Shown one piece after another: positions 9,777-22,495 of a stretch of 40,834 nucleotides of DNA. The stretch lies in NCBI GenBank assembly GCA_032718475.1, contig JAUCBJ010002410.1, forward strand, positions 1-40,834, written 5' to 3'. A program made the position numbers and the translations under genes. Numbering within the stretch: the first letter of the stretch is position 1; each line of letters starts with the position of its first letter. The DNA is from Nemertoderma westbladi (lineage: Eukaryota > Animalia > Xenacoelomorpha). The notes beneath the pieces are model-generated. The model saw only the letters and a program-made list of their open reading frames with translations. It ran no database searches and had not been told where the DNA came from.

Positions 9777-12700
9777 ATGAGTCAAACGGGAGAGACGACA
9801 CCGCCGCGGACCCCGGACGGCGATCTAACGATCCGCGAGGCCGCGACTAGACGGTACAGACCCAGGACACCGGAGCCATCCACAACGGGCGATCCGGCAA
9901 TTCAGGATGAGGAGGGCCGCCTACAACCGGAGAGGGAGTCGAGAAAAGGAAGAGACGAGTCGGGAGAAGAGAGAGATGAGTCAATGCGGAGCGGGGGTCG
10001 ACGCACCGATGTCGCCGGCCAGCCACAGGCCGAGGGCGACGGACGGTCCACCGGAACGGCGACGGTGGAGCCGACTGTACGGCGCCGGACCCGGAGAGAC
10101 GGAGGAGAGGTCGGCGACGAGGACGTCGGGGTTTCTGATCGACTTCGACGGGCCTACAACGCGACCCGGAAACTACTTAAGGAGGCCATAGAGGGGGCGA
10201 GGATAGACGAGGTAAAGTTGACAAAAGGACTAGGTGAGTCGGATAAACATTTTGGTTATCTAATGTGCTTTGGGCAGAGAGAACAGGCCAAGGAGAGAGC
10301 GAGAGGGGTTGCCGAGGAACTGTGTGATTTATGGCGGTGTAGGGGTATGCAACCTAGTGTAGTGTACATATGGCCATACTTAGTCGATGCCCGGGGAGTA
10401 AAATTAGTGGGTTGGAAGAGACCTGAGGAGGGCGAATCCGAGGTTAGCCCCGAGGATTCGGTCTCGTCGGTCGGAGGAAGTCCCGGGAGGCGGGGGAAAG
10501 TTGGTGGGATGGAGGGGCGACGGGAGTCCGTCGCAACCGATAAGTCTGCTACATCCTCCGCGAAAGAAAGAAGGGTGCGGGAGATAAATTTGGCGTATGA
10601 AGTAGAAATGGTGGTGAATGAGCAGAATGAGTTAGAGAGACAATTGAGAGAGGAAACCGCATTTTCAGAGAGGTTTGGAGAGTTGGCGAGGGAGTATAGA
10701 GAGAGAGCCGAGGAGTGTAGAGAGGAAGCCGAGGAGTGTAGAGAGCGGGGGATGGGAGTGGAGAGCGAGCCGGCGAGGCGGCTTGGGATGGTTGCGAGAG
10801 TGGCAGAGTCAGCCGAGCGGGGTATGCGAGAGAGAGAGATAGAGGCAGAGCGTGAGCGGGATGATTTGCGTGCCCGGCTAGGGAGGCTTACGCAATATCA
10901 AGCCAAACTGAATCAGCGCCGACTAGAACTGGCGCGGTTGGAACTATCAGAGAGTGAGACCCCACTTACAGACACCGGGCGAGAGAACCAGAACTGGTGT
11001 AGCCGTACAGGTGGGGGGGGGGGGGGGGGTAGTAGTAGTACGTTAGAAATAGTTAACATTAATAGTACCGTAGTAGATAACCCTAATCCCTTTATTACAG
11101 CGAAATATTTTACCCGAGTAATTTAAATTTAAATTCAAATAATAACATTAATTCAAATATTCAGAATAATTCAAATAATTCGAATAATAATTTAAATTTT
11201 GAAAATAATAATAATTATAATTTAAATAATAATCCCGTTTCAAATTCTAATAATTTAATTGATTTAACAAATAATATTGGGAATGGTGCTATTAATATGA
11301 ACGTGTCGGACGTGCATAACCCGGCAGACGGCGGCCTGGTAGGCCACGTAGTTAGTAGGCAGGGAGCAGCGGGGTTGAGCCAACCCGAGGTGGGCCTGGT
11401 AGGCCACGCAGTAGTAGAGAGAGAGGCGGGGGTGAATAGACCCAGCCGTAGTAGAGACAGTGCGTCGACTAGAGAGGGGTGTAGAAGTGAAGTGAGAGAT
11501 AGTGGAGTTAGATGTGGCGAGTGGGGGGGGGGGGGGGGGGGCTACGGGCGCCCCACCACAGAAAATTAGTGGCGAGAGAGGGGGGGCAGAGAATGCCCCA
11601 CAAGAGGGGTGTAGAAGTGTAGTAAGAGGTAGTGAAGTTAGATGCGGCGGGTGGGGGGGGGCTACGGGCACCCCACCGCGAGAGATTAGTAGCGAGAGGG
11701 GGGGGGGGGGCAGAGAGTGTCCCACAGGCGTCGGCGGATAATGCGCGGGCCGAGCTAGGTAAACCGCAACACCCGGCGATGGAGAGTAATAGGGGGATTG
11801 CGAGTATCCCCAGCGGCGTGCGATCGAGCAGAGAGAGGCAGGTTGACGTCGCGAGAGGGCAGACGAAGCGTCGAGCCCGATCAGAAGAGGGAAGAAGAAC
11901 AGTGGAGTTTAACCGGGAGGTCGACGAGAGATCTCACGAGCCGGAATACTGCACTGAAAAGAGAAGAAGAGAAGATAGTAGAAAAGGTGTCGCCACGAAC
12001 GATAGGAGTGCGAGGACGGATAGCGGACCGTCGATAGTAGAGATGGAGTTAGGGAGTCAGTGGGGTCGAACTTCGGGAGATTGCCGTCGCCCCGGAGAAA
12101 CGCACCGCACGCCAAGAGAGGGGTACAGGACGTACCGATACAAAGTCGAGAACAGGAGAGGGGATCGAAGAGAAGCTTCCCGACGGGATATAGCTGCCGA
12201 TCGAGAGTGCGGTAGTCGCGGGGAGATTCGAGATTCGCGAAGATTAAACTTCGGTTCGAAAGGGCACATGCAGACTGCAGGACATACTGTAGGCCTTACT
12301 GCACATACTATTATAGGCCATGCTGGGAGAGATAGAATAGGCGATAGGGTAGCGCGAACGACGGGATTAAACCCGGAAGCCGCGGAGTACATACCGGTAG
12401 GTAGGCAAGAAGTGGGTAGGCCTATATCGGTACAGCAGCATGACTATAATACACAGGGACATAACATATATCCAGGGGAGGGGAGAGTTATTGCAGATAG
12501 ATGTATGGGCCCCAATATATTAACATCAACCCCAGTACCAAACATACCGGCGGGGGGGGGGGGGGGGGGACAGGGTGACATTCCCCCATCACAATATCGA
12601 CAATATACCCCAATAGGAGCAAGAACATCGAACTCCCTGGACGAGAACAGGTCGTGCGGACAGTCGCTACCACACGCGGCCATACAGGGGACTGCTAGTC

Positions 12701-13419
12701 CACAGTTAGCTGGTAGCAGGGCCACACCGTGGCAGGGACAGAAAGAAAATAACACCAAAAATAAACACAATCCCAATATACCCAGTAGGCCGAGTCTAGG
12801 CAATCGAAACACTAAATCGGTACATATAAACCTACGCGCGATACGTGAAGGACTATACAGGAAACGCTATAATCCAGGATTCGAATGTCAATTACATCGG
12901 GACGGAACCCATAAGACCAGGAGTTGTAAGCACTGGCAAGCGTTGCCCAAACGAGATCGTGTAGCCTACACAGACGCAAACGGACTATGTCATCGATGTG
13001 TGGTAAAAGGACACAGATCCGGAGAGTGTTGGAAAGGGAGAGGATGTGAAAGGACTAGACCAGGGGCAGAGAAGCCCATGAGCAAACATAAAGGAGCCGG
13101 GAAAGTAGAAGGAGGCGTGTTGCATACGCACGCAGGACTGACACAGTGCGAGGGGGCATTACATGGGCAGACGTCGTGTATACCGAGGTACGAGCGGGGG
13201 TCGTCGAGGCCTTTAATGCCAGCGCACATACGAAGGGGGAGGCCAGCAGAGGTAGTATCGAAGAGAGTGTGGCGAAGAGTTAGAGGACGTATAGGAGGGC
13301 AGTGGGAGAGTGCCTACTGGAAGAAGGGGCACCTGAGAGTTTTTAGTCGTCCAATGTTTTGGACTGAGGGGGGTGGGAATGAGGGCGAGACGCCCTTCCC
13401 ACGGAAAATAATTATTTAA
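9777..13419 (+). pseudogene. gag: Gag-like polyprotein of element 2, split by frameshifts (ORFs 9759-11126, 11297-11569, 11502-11741, 11632-13419)
   Basis: Charged coiled-coil N-terminus and an Asn-rich segment. BEL-type knuckles CQLHRDGTHKTRSC and CHRCVVKGHRSGEC. Frame changes occur near 11110 and at G homopolymers (about 11523 and 11698). Confidence 0.7.
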
Positions 13420-13489
13420 TTAAAATAATTAATAAAAATAATTAAATAATAAATAAGTAGAAAGTCAGAAAGTAAGTAGATAGCTAGTT

Positions 13490-14660
13490 AAGTTAGAAGA
13501 GTTAGAGGGTACGTAGTACCGTTAGTTAGTAGTGGAGTTAGAGAAGTTAGTAAGAGGGTACGTAGTACCGTTAGTAGGTAGAAGTTAGGTAGTAAGAGAG
13601 TAGTACCGTTAGTCAGTTAGAGTTAGTAAGAGGGTACGTAGTACCGTTAGTAGGGAGTAGTTAGAGGGTAGTAAGAGGGTACGTAGTACCGTTAGTTAGG
13701 AGTGTTAGAGGTATAGTTAGTAAGAGGGTACGTAGTACCGTTAGTTAGAGAAGTAGTTAGAGGTAGAGGGTTGTGGGCACCGTAAGCGCCACGTAGAAAG
13801 TAGTAGCAGTAGAGGGTTGTGGGCACCGTAAGCGCCACGTAGGAAGTAGTAAGCAGAGTGGTTGTGGGCACCGCAAGCGCCACGTAGTTAGAGTTAGTAG
13901 GGGATGCGTTGAACTAAGTGGGGCACGGGCGTGATGACGTGTTTGATGTAAGAGCAGGGTATGTTAATTAGGGTGGGTGCCGGGCACAAGAGGTGCCGGG
14001 CACAAGAAGTTAGTAGTAGAGTTAGTTGAGTTAGTAGAGAGTTAGTAGAGTTAGTTGAGTTAGTAGAGAGTTAGTAGAGTTAGTAAGAGTTAGTAGTAGT
14101 TCACATAATTAACGTACCCACTCTGCCGGCACTCAGAGCGTCACGTGCAGTCGAGTAGACGAAAGGGAGTAAGATGTAGATAGAGTAGAGTAGTAGAGAG
14201 GGCACATAGGATGCCAGAGAGTAGAATAGTAGAGACGGGCACATAGGGTGCCAGGTAGTAGAGTTAGAGTGTTAGAAGTAGTAGAGAGGGCACATAGGGT
14301 GCCAGAGAGTAGATAGTAGAGACGGGCACATAGGGTGCCAGGTAGTAGAGTTAGAGAGTTGAGGTAGTAGAGTAGTAGAGAGGGCACATAGGGTGCCAGG
14401 TAGTAGAGTTAGAGGTAGTAGAGTTAGAGAGCTCTAGGGTGCCAGGTAGTAGAGTAGTAGAGAGGGCACATAGGGTGCCAGATAGTAGAGTGGTCGTGGG
14501 CACCGCAAGCGCCACGTAGTTAGAAGAGTTGGTAAGAGTTAGAGGGAGTTAGTAGAAGTAGAGAGTTAGTAGGAGTTAGTGAGACTTAGTAGAGCTAGTT
14601 AGAGTCGGAGAGTTAGTAGACAGTAAGAGAGTTAGATAGTTATCAAGTAAGTAGTAGGTA
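13490..14660 (+). repeat. Purine-rich tandem array with embedded short palindromes
   Basis: Repeated GGTACGTAGTACC, GTGGGCACCGYAAGCGCCAC and GGCACATAGGGTGCC units separated by GTTAG/GTAGA-rich spacers. Confidence 0.85.
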
Positions 14661-15048
14661 GATAGTATGATAGCACAGGGGTAGCATTAGAGATTAGGGC
14701 CTTAGGGAGTGGGAGAGAGTGCGGGGTATAGAAAAGGTGCGAGCGCAATTCAAGTGTGGGGGGGAGAAGTAAGAGGCAGAGTGAGGGACGAGGAGGTCCG
14801 GGAGTGTGGAAGAGTTAGGGTGAAGTGTTGGGGAAACAAAAGTTGTGTGAGAGGAGCGCACGATCGGCCCGACACGGGACGCCAGGCAAACGGGTAGCAT
14901 TATCATACCCATAGGGAGCGGCCTGGAAAGCCGGCTCCGAAAGAAAATAGACCCACCCCACACCCGATACTAGATCGGGATCCAGCGGAATTGTAGCGCA
15001 CTTGAGGTGGATGCTATCTTCTCACCGGGAAGATAGCATGGGGGGGAG

Positions 15049-15598
15049 TGTTAGCTTATCCAATTCCGCTAACACCCCATAAAGTGAGCCGTTAAGCAAT
15101 ATTGGGAACACGAGGTTGATTACCAATATCAACCTCGTGTCACCCCAACAAAGTGGGAAGGAGACACATACGCACAATAAGGGTCAGGGGTTACACCCCT
15201 GAAAGAGAGAGAATAGCAAGGGCGAAGGGAAGCACTTCAGAGGGGGGCAAAGGGTGACAACAGAGTTATTAGCCAATGGGGGGGAAGCACCGGCTGAGTA
15301 ACGTAACTTGGCCAACCGTGCAATATATATATTATCAGTACAACTATCATTTAGTCAGTGTGTCATTTGGTGTTAGTTAGGTTAGTTTAGCTAGGGAAGT
15401 ACCGGGACTTTAATCACCGTCTCCCGCCTTCCATTTACTATCATTCAATTACTGATTCTGTATACCAGCTATCATTTAACTATTATACCCGAAAGACTAT
15501 ATACAACAATCAACAGACTCTTTTCACCTTTCACACACGGCGGGGACGCGTAGATTAATAAACCGGATAAATCGGGATCCTTCGTGGATCCCGTCACA
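15049..15598 (+). repeat. 3' LTR of element 2
   Basis: Follows the PPT GGGGGGGAG, repeats 9172-9723 and is followed by the TSD AAAAC. Confidence 0.95.
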
Positions 15599-15832
15599 AA
15601 AACAGCACTTTTCAACAGTTTGTAAACAAAAAACGTGAATAAGTTTGGTTGTTTTCCTATTCAAATAAACAAAGCTTGACATTTTCAAAACTTAATTTAA
15701 ATCTTTAATCAGGATAACAACCACTGCTAACCCATGCACAAATCACGTCAATGTTAATAGTCATTTATTAAGAGAAAAAACTTTGAAACGAAAATCTTCA
15801 ACAAACAGTTTAATTATCAACGTCATACTTAT

Positions 15833-18090
15833 AGCTATGGAAGCTATGGACCTTTCAATACCCTAATTAAAGCAAAGCACAGCTGGTTCATATCATTATA
15901 AACAAAAAGTGGAGAAACAGCATGATTAACTGCGAGGCCTACAGCTCGTTCAACCTAATTAATTCAGACCATAGCATCGAGACTTCTGCAGTCACGACAT
16001 CAGACTCAGTCAGACTGAGTTTCACTCAGGTTGAGAGCCAGCAACCCAGGACAAGTAAGCGAATCAACTATGACTGGGAGAAACTAAGAACTGACAATGC
16101 TGTATTTATGCTTAAGCAGAAAAAAAGTTCAAAACCGCTTTGAAGTACTTCAGTCAATGGATGAAGACCAGTCCACCGATTCCATATACCAGAATATAAT
16201 AAAAGCCCGCAAGGAATCATGCAAGAGGCGCATATTGCCCTGGAATCCTAACGAAAACAGTATGTCCCATGGCAACACTGTGAGGTTTATTGTACTGTAA
16301 GAGAGAAGATCTTATATCTTAAGATCTACAAAGTAAAAACCGAACAACCAACAACCAACAACCGAAAAAAATAAGGTTGAGAAAGCTATTGGAAGATCTA
16401 AAATTGGCCTACAACCTCAGCCAGAAATACATACAGGAAAAATACAACAAAGTGCTTAATAACAGCATCAATCAAGACTTACCTGGCAAACGGCAAATGA
16501 GAAACTGTAAATGTCAGAAAGGTTGTGCTAAGCTGATAGTCCTGAAGAACGTGTTTGAAAAGGGAAAGATCGCTTCAGAAACTTGTTTGGGCAGCGACCA
16601 AACATCGAGGTCAACCCTAAAAGGAAGGTATGGCAAGACTCATAGAAACAGGGGACTTCACATTCGAACTCCAAAGAAACATTAAAAGCATGTCCAATCA
16701 TAAAGTGAGTGGATTAGATGAAATCCCTACAGAGGTATGTAAAATAGGAGTGCTAAACAAACCATTACTGGATGCTTGTAACCAGATGCTGAAAAGGGAA
16801 AAGCCACCACTAATTTGGACTAAAAGTCAACTAAAACCAATCCCCAACAAAGTAGACTTCGGTATACCAAAAACTATCCTGGGCCTGGGATTGTCTGTTT
16901 GTGGTAGCCGCCAAAATTTACAACAAAATGATTCCATATAGAATTAGGCCACACATAAAAAAACTGCTGTGTAAGGACCAAAACAGAATTCGTCCAAATA
17001 GATAACAATAGCTCAGATACTTGCATTACGGAGACTGATTGAGGGAATTAAGTCAAACAATCTCCCCGCTGTCCTGACTTTTGTGGACTTCAAGAAAGCA
17101 TTTGACTCAATCCATAGAGGTAAAATGATTGAAATCCTAAGAGCTTATGGAATACCAGAGGTAATTGTGGCTGGCATTGGATTATTATATTGTGAGACAG
17201 AAGCTCAGGTACTCTCACCAGATGGTGAAACTAAGTTCTTCTCAAACCTGGTTGGCATACTGCACGGTAACACATTGGCGCTATTACTATTCGTAATTGT
17301 ACTGGATTACGCAATGAGGACGGCCACAAAGGGTGAAGATCTGGGATTCACTCTACAAGAACGCAGAAGTAGCAGATATCTGGTATCTAAAGTTACAGAC
17401 ATCGCTTTGATGATGACATCGCCCTGCATTATAATATGCTAGCATATGCACAGCTTCTACTAAATATAGTAGAGAAGGCTGCTAATTAGTTTGGATTGCA
17501 TATAAATGCTACCAAGATCCAATTCATGACTTTTAATGTTGATGTTAATGTACCTTGGATAATGGATAGAGAGTAGCAAAAAATACATTTTAAATCATTA
17601 AAAAGACAGTTAGGAAAGCAAAGGCATGTGTGGGTAGCTCTATCAAATGTGGATACCATCTGGAAAACAGATCGCGCTAGGCACCTGAAGACTAAGTTCT
17701 TTCGAGCCACTGTGGAAAGTGTACTTTTATACGGTTTGAGCCCTGGACCTGGACACTGACTAAATCACTTGAACAACGAATTGCTATACAAGATTACTAA
17801 GAGCAGCCCCAAACATCAGCTGGAGACAACACATGACACACACCGAGCTTTATGGTACACCACCACCTGTTTCAACCACCTTCCGTGAATGCAGATTAAG
17901 ATTCAGTGGGCACTGCTGGAGAAATTAAGACGAGGTCATACCAGATCTACATTTCTGGCAACCAACGAAAACCAAGGAAAGCGTAGCCATGGATGACCGG
18001 CTATGAGATATATAGACCAACTTGAAAGAGATAGTGAACTTGAGACAATCGAAATTGCTACCACTATGGAGCATGGAATGATCTCATTTC
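15833..18090 (+). mobile_element. Older, degenerate 5'-truncated RTE-clade LINE
   Basis: Colinear with the 20227-22495 copy from the endonuclease end (LWTFQYPN...KKWRNSMINCEAY) through RT (DFKKAFDSIHRG) to the C-terminus. Many stops and frameshifts. Confidence 0.9.
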
Positions 18091-19194
18091 CGTAAGTCTT
18101 GATTGTTGTTGTAGGTGAGCAGTTAGTTGTAACTTCTTCAATTTTATCTTGTAAAAAAAAAGTATTTCTCCTGGCTGATGTTGTAGGCCAATTTTAGATC
18201 TTCCTTAGCTTTATCAACCTTGTTGTTTTTCAGTTGTTGGTTGTTCGGTTTTTACTTTGTAGATCTCAACTTAGATTTTTACAGTACAATAAACCTCACA
18301 GTGTTGCCATGGGACATACTGTTTTCGTAGGATTTCTGGGCAATATGCCTCTTGCCTGATTCCTTGCGGGCTTTTATTATATTCTGGTATATTGAGTCGG
18401 TGGACTGGACTTCATCCATTGACTGAAGTACTTCAAAGCGGTTTTGAACTTTTTCTGTGTAAGAATAAATACTGCATTGTCAGTTCTTAGATTCTCCCAG
18501 TCATAGTTGATTCGCTTACTTGTCCTGGGTTTGCTGGCTCTCAAACTGAGTCTGATGTCCTGACTGCAGAAGTCACGATTCTATGGTCCGAACTAATTAG
18601 GTTGAACGAGCTGTATGCCTCGCAGTTAATCATGCTGTTTCTCCATTTTTTCTTTATAAGGATATAAACCAGCTGTGCTTTGCTTTAATTAGGGTATTGA
18701 AAGGTCCATAGCTTCCATAGCTATAAGTATGACATTGATAATTAAACTGTTTGTTGAAGATTTTCGTTTCAAAGTTTTTTCTCTTAATAAATGACTATTA
18801 ACATTGACGTGATTTGTTCATGGGTTATCAGTGGTTGTTAACCAGATTAAAGAATTAAATTCAGTTTTGAAAATGTCAAGCTTTGTTTATTTAAATAGGA
18901 AAACAACCAAACTTTTTTTTAATTTTTTTACTTACAAACTGTTGAAAAGTGCTGTTTTTCCAAAATTTCGAAAAAAAGTACATTTTGAAATATGTGCCAT
19001 ATATAATGGGTCAAACGCGATTATACTTAATATTTTTTTTTCTTATTTCATCATTTTCGATGATTTTCGTAGGGAAAATTGAATTATTGCATACAATTTT
19101 TTTCGGAAAATTTTATATTTACGCAAATTCGCAAATGTTAAATTTGAATGTGCAGGGGTTAAAAATTAGTTTGATCAAATTTAGTTTTGACCAA
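18091..19194 (-). repeat. Inverted duplication of about 8920-9171 plus 15604-16480 (LINE 5' part and its flank), lacking element 2
   Basis: Continuous reverse-complement similarity across the LINE 5' junction and across the element-2 insertion point (single GTTTT at about 18954-18958). Confidence 0.88.
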
Positions 19195-19587
19195 ATATTC
19201 AATTTGACAATTGAATAATTATAGGCAGTGCCTGTTTGGCATGTTCATAATATAAACGATCTGTGCCATATGCTTTCTTATTGGATGTGGAGTTTACGGT
19301 TTCCACGACCTCTTCCTTGGTGATTGGTGCGTTTTACAAAGTGTCCCTGGCAGTCTCATCTGCAGGTTGTTCTATAACTGGTGTATTGCTAGGGTCGTTT
19401 CTATGGCCTATGAGACTCGAGTTGTTTTAGTTCAATCGGAATCAGTAGGTTTGCAGTCTTTAAGGACAGAAGCCATGGGTGCTCTCGGCTGAGTTAACCT
19501 GCTTATTTAATTATAATTCTTCGTACGCCTCACTGTATATCGGATTTTACCATTTACCCCGCGTGGCTGTGTATATTAAATAATTAT

Positions 19588-19684
19588 TATTTAATACATT
19601 ACGGGAAAGGAGCAGGTTACAGTATCGGCATTTTCTATCCAATGCAATTTGCACTGGAGATAAATTTCTTCAAATGTGCTCAAT
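19588..19684 (+). repeat. About 100-bp dispersed direct repeat of 8130-8226
   Basis: TTACGGGAAAGGAGCAGGTTA...CCAATGCAATTTGCACTGGAGAT...CAAATGTG is present in both places. Confidence 0.75.
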
Positions 19685-20226
19685 GTGCGCCACTACCTAC
19701 ATCTTTCATCTACCATTCTTGATTTCGAATACTGCAGGGAAAGGCATTAATCGGCAGCATTGTGCTGTCCACGATTTGGAAGTCGCATAGAAAACGTTGG
19801 AAATTATTATATTTCAGATGTTAAAATTATTAAGGAGAGGGGTACACAATTAATTTTGGTCCAAAATATGTCAAAATAATTTTTATGATCTATAATAATC
19901 AAGATTGATTTCCATATCTGAAAACCGCTATTTAATAGCTCTTTTAGTTTTCAAGTTATAATAATTTCCATTTAGGGAGACCTATTGAAATTACTATTAC
20001 AGTACTATGTATAATAAAGTTAGATTATCTCCAAATATTTTTTTTACGAAATTGTCAACTTCAAAACCCTACTATTTCTCCAATTAATTTGAGGTCTGAA
20101 AATTTCTGTATACGAAAGTAGCCACCCTGTATAAAAATTTCAGACAACTTTTTGAAATTGTTTGTTAATAAAATTTAATACTATTTATAACAAACCTAAA
20201 AATTAGCATGAATTTACAGCGCCACC

Positions 20227-22495
20227 TACTACTACTACTACTACTAGGTCGAGCGAACTCGGACAGTGGAAATGAGATCCTTCCAGGCTTCCCGATTCTC
20301 CATAGTTGTCGCAATTTCGTTTCTCCCAAGTTCAGTATCCCTTTCAAGTTGATCTATATATGTTATGGCAGGTCGTCCACGACTACGCTTTCCATGAGTT
20401 GGTTGCCAGAGAAGTAGATCTGGTATGACCTCGTCTTTACTTCGCCAGCAGTGCCCACTGAATCTTAATCTGCGTTCACGGAGGGTGGTTGATACAAGTG
20501 GTATTGTACCATAAAGCTCGGCGTTTGTCATGTGTTGTCTCCAGCTGATGTTTAGGGCTGCCCTTAGTAGTCTTGTGTAGCAACCATCAATTCGTTGTTC
20601 AAGTGATTTAGTCAGTGTCCAGGTCTCACCCCCGTATAAAAATACACTTTCCACTGTGGCTCGAAAGAACTTAGTCTTCAGGTGCCTGGAGAGATCTGAT
20701 TTCCAGATGGTATCCATTTTTGATAGAGCTACCCAAGCCTTTGCTTTCCTAACTTCTATGTCCTTTTTGCTACTCTCTATCCATGATCCAAGGTACTGGA
20801 AGTCATCGACCTTCCTTAGTTGATTATTATCAATGGTTGTCAAGTTTCCATCAACATTAAAGGTCATGAATTCGGTCTTGGTAGCATTTATATGCAATCC
20901 AACCTCCTTAGCAGCCCTCTCCACTTTATTTAGTAGAAGCTGTGCATCTGCTAGCGTATTAGAGAGCAGGGCGATTTCATCCGCAAAGTCGGTGTCTGTG
21001 ACTGTAGTTGCCGGATATCTACTACTTCTGCGTTCTTGAAGTGTGAATCCCTGATTTTCACCCTTTGTGGCCGTCCTCATTGCGTAATCCAGCACAATTA
21101 CAAATAATAATGGTGCTAATGTGTCACCTTGCAGTACGCCAGCCAGGATTGAGAAAAACTCAGTTTCACCATCTGGTGAGAGTACCTGCGCTTCTGTGTC
21201 ACAATATAACAATCCAATGCCAGCAACAATTACTTCTGGTATTCCATAAGCTCTTAGGATTTCAAGCATTTTACCTCTATGGATGGAGTCGAATGCCTTC
21301 TTGAAGTCCACAAAAGTCATGACTGCGGGGAGATTCTTTGACTTAATTCCTTCAATCAGTCTCCGTAGTGCAAGTATCTGAGCTATTGTTGATCTACTTG
21401 GTCGAAATCCGTTTTGGCTCTTACGCAGTAGTTTCTCTATGTGAGGCCTAATCCTATATAGAATCATTTTATTGTATATTTTGGCAGCTACCACAAGCAG
21501 ACAAATCCCACGATAGTTTGTTGGTATGCCGAGATCTCCTTTCTTGGGGAGAGGCTTTAGTTGACCTTTAGTCCAAATTGGTGGTGGCTTTTCCCCTTTT
21601 AACATCCGGTTGCAAACATTCAATAATGGTCTATTTAGCACTCCGGTTTTCCATACCTCCGCTGGGATTTCATCTAATCCACTCGCTTTATTATTGGACA
21701 TGCTTTTAATGCTTCTTTGGAGTTCGGCAGGTGTGAAGTCCCCTGTTTCTATAGGTAGTGTCTTGTCATATATTTTCCTTGTAGGGCTGACCTCGATGTT
21801 TGGTGGAGGCCCAAGCAAGTTGCTGAAGTGATTTTTCCACTTCTCAACACGTTCTTCGGGACTATCGGCTTTGAGGCGCCCCTTTGCACAACTTTTCCGA
21901 CCAGATACCTCATTTACAGTTTGCCAGGTAAGTCTTGATTTTTGCTGTATGTGAGCAGTTGTAATTGCTTCAGTTTTATCCTGTATGTACTTTTCCTGGC
22001 TGATGTTGTAGGCCAATTTAAGATCGTCCTTAGCTTTCTCAACCTTGTTAATGTTTTCGGTTGTTGGTTGTTCGGTTTTAACTTTGTAGGCTATCTTAAG
22101 ATCTTCTCTCTTACAAGTAACCTCAGAGTTTTGCCATGGCACATACTGTTTTCGTTTAGGTTTCTGGGGGATATGCCTCTTAGCTGATTCCTTGTGGGCT
22201 GTTATTATATTCTGGTATATTGAATCGGTGGATTGGTCTTCATCCATTGACTGAAGTGCTTCAAAGCGGTTTTTGAACTTCTACTGTATAAGCATCCTTT
22301 ACAGCATTGTCAGTTCTGAGTTTCTCCCAGTCATAGTTGATTTGCTTGCTTGTCCTGGGTTTGCTGGCTCTCAAACTAAGTCTGATCTCTGCAGTCACAA
22401 TTCTGTGGTCCGAACCAATTAGGTTGAACGAGCTGTATGCCTCGCAGTTGATCATGCTATTTCTCCACTTTTTCTTCACTGCTATTTCTCCACTC
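20227..22495 (-). mobile_element. Young 5'-truncated RTE-clade LINE with (TAG)n tail
   Basis: A 667-aa open RT region plus an upstream AP-endonuclease C-terminal fragment (GSDH). A (CTA)n tail lies at 20227-20246 on the plus strand. Confidence 0.95.
20244..22479 (-). pseudogene. RTE-like endonuclease/reverse transcriptase, truncated and with altered catalytic motif
   Basis: ASGLDEIPAEVWK, NYRGICL, QNGFRPSRST, DFKKAFDS, GVLQGDTLAP, FADE (FADD in the 5528-6362 copy), FQYLGS. A frameshift near 22270 separates the endonuclease fragment. Confidence 0.9.

Larger units (their letters stand above)
9172..15598 (+). mobile_element. Full-length non-autonomous BEL/Pao-like LTR element (element 2, 6.4 kb)
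   Basis: Two about 550-bp LTRs (TG...CA), 5-bp TSD AAAAC (9167-9171 and 15599-15603), PPT at 15040-15048 and gag zinc knuckles. No RT or RNase H motifs were found. Confidence 0.93.

Noticed and set aside
13490-14520. Palindromic repeats with spacers resembling a CRISPR array
   Set aside because: Spacers are low-complexity, mutually similar and variable in length. There are no cas genes and the context is a eukaryotic LTR element.
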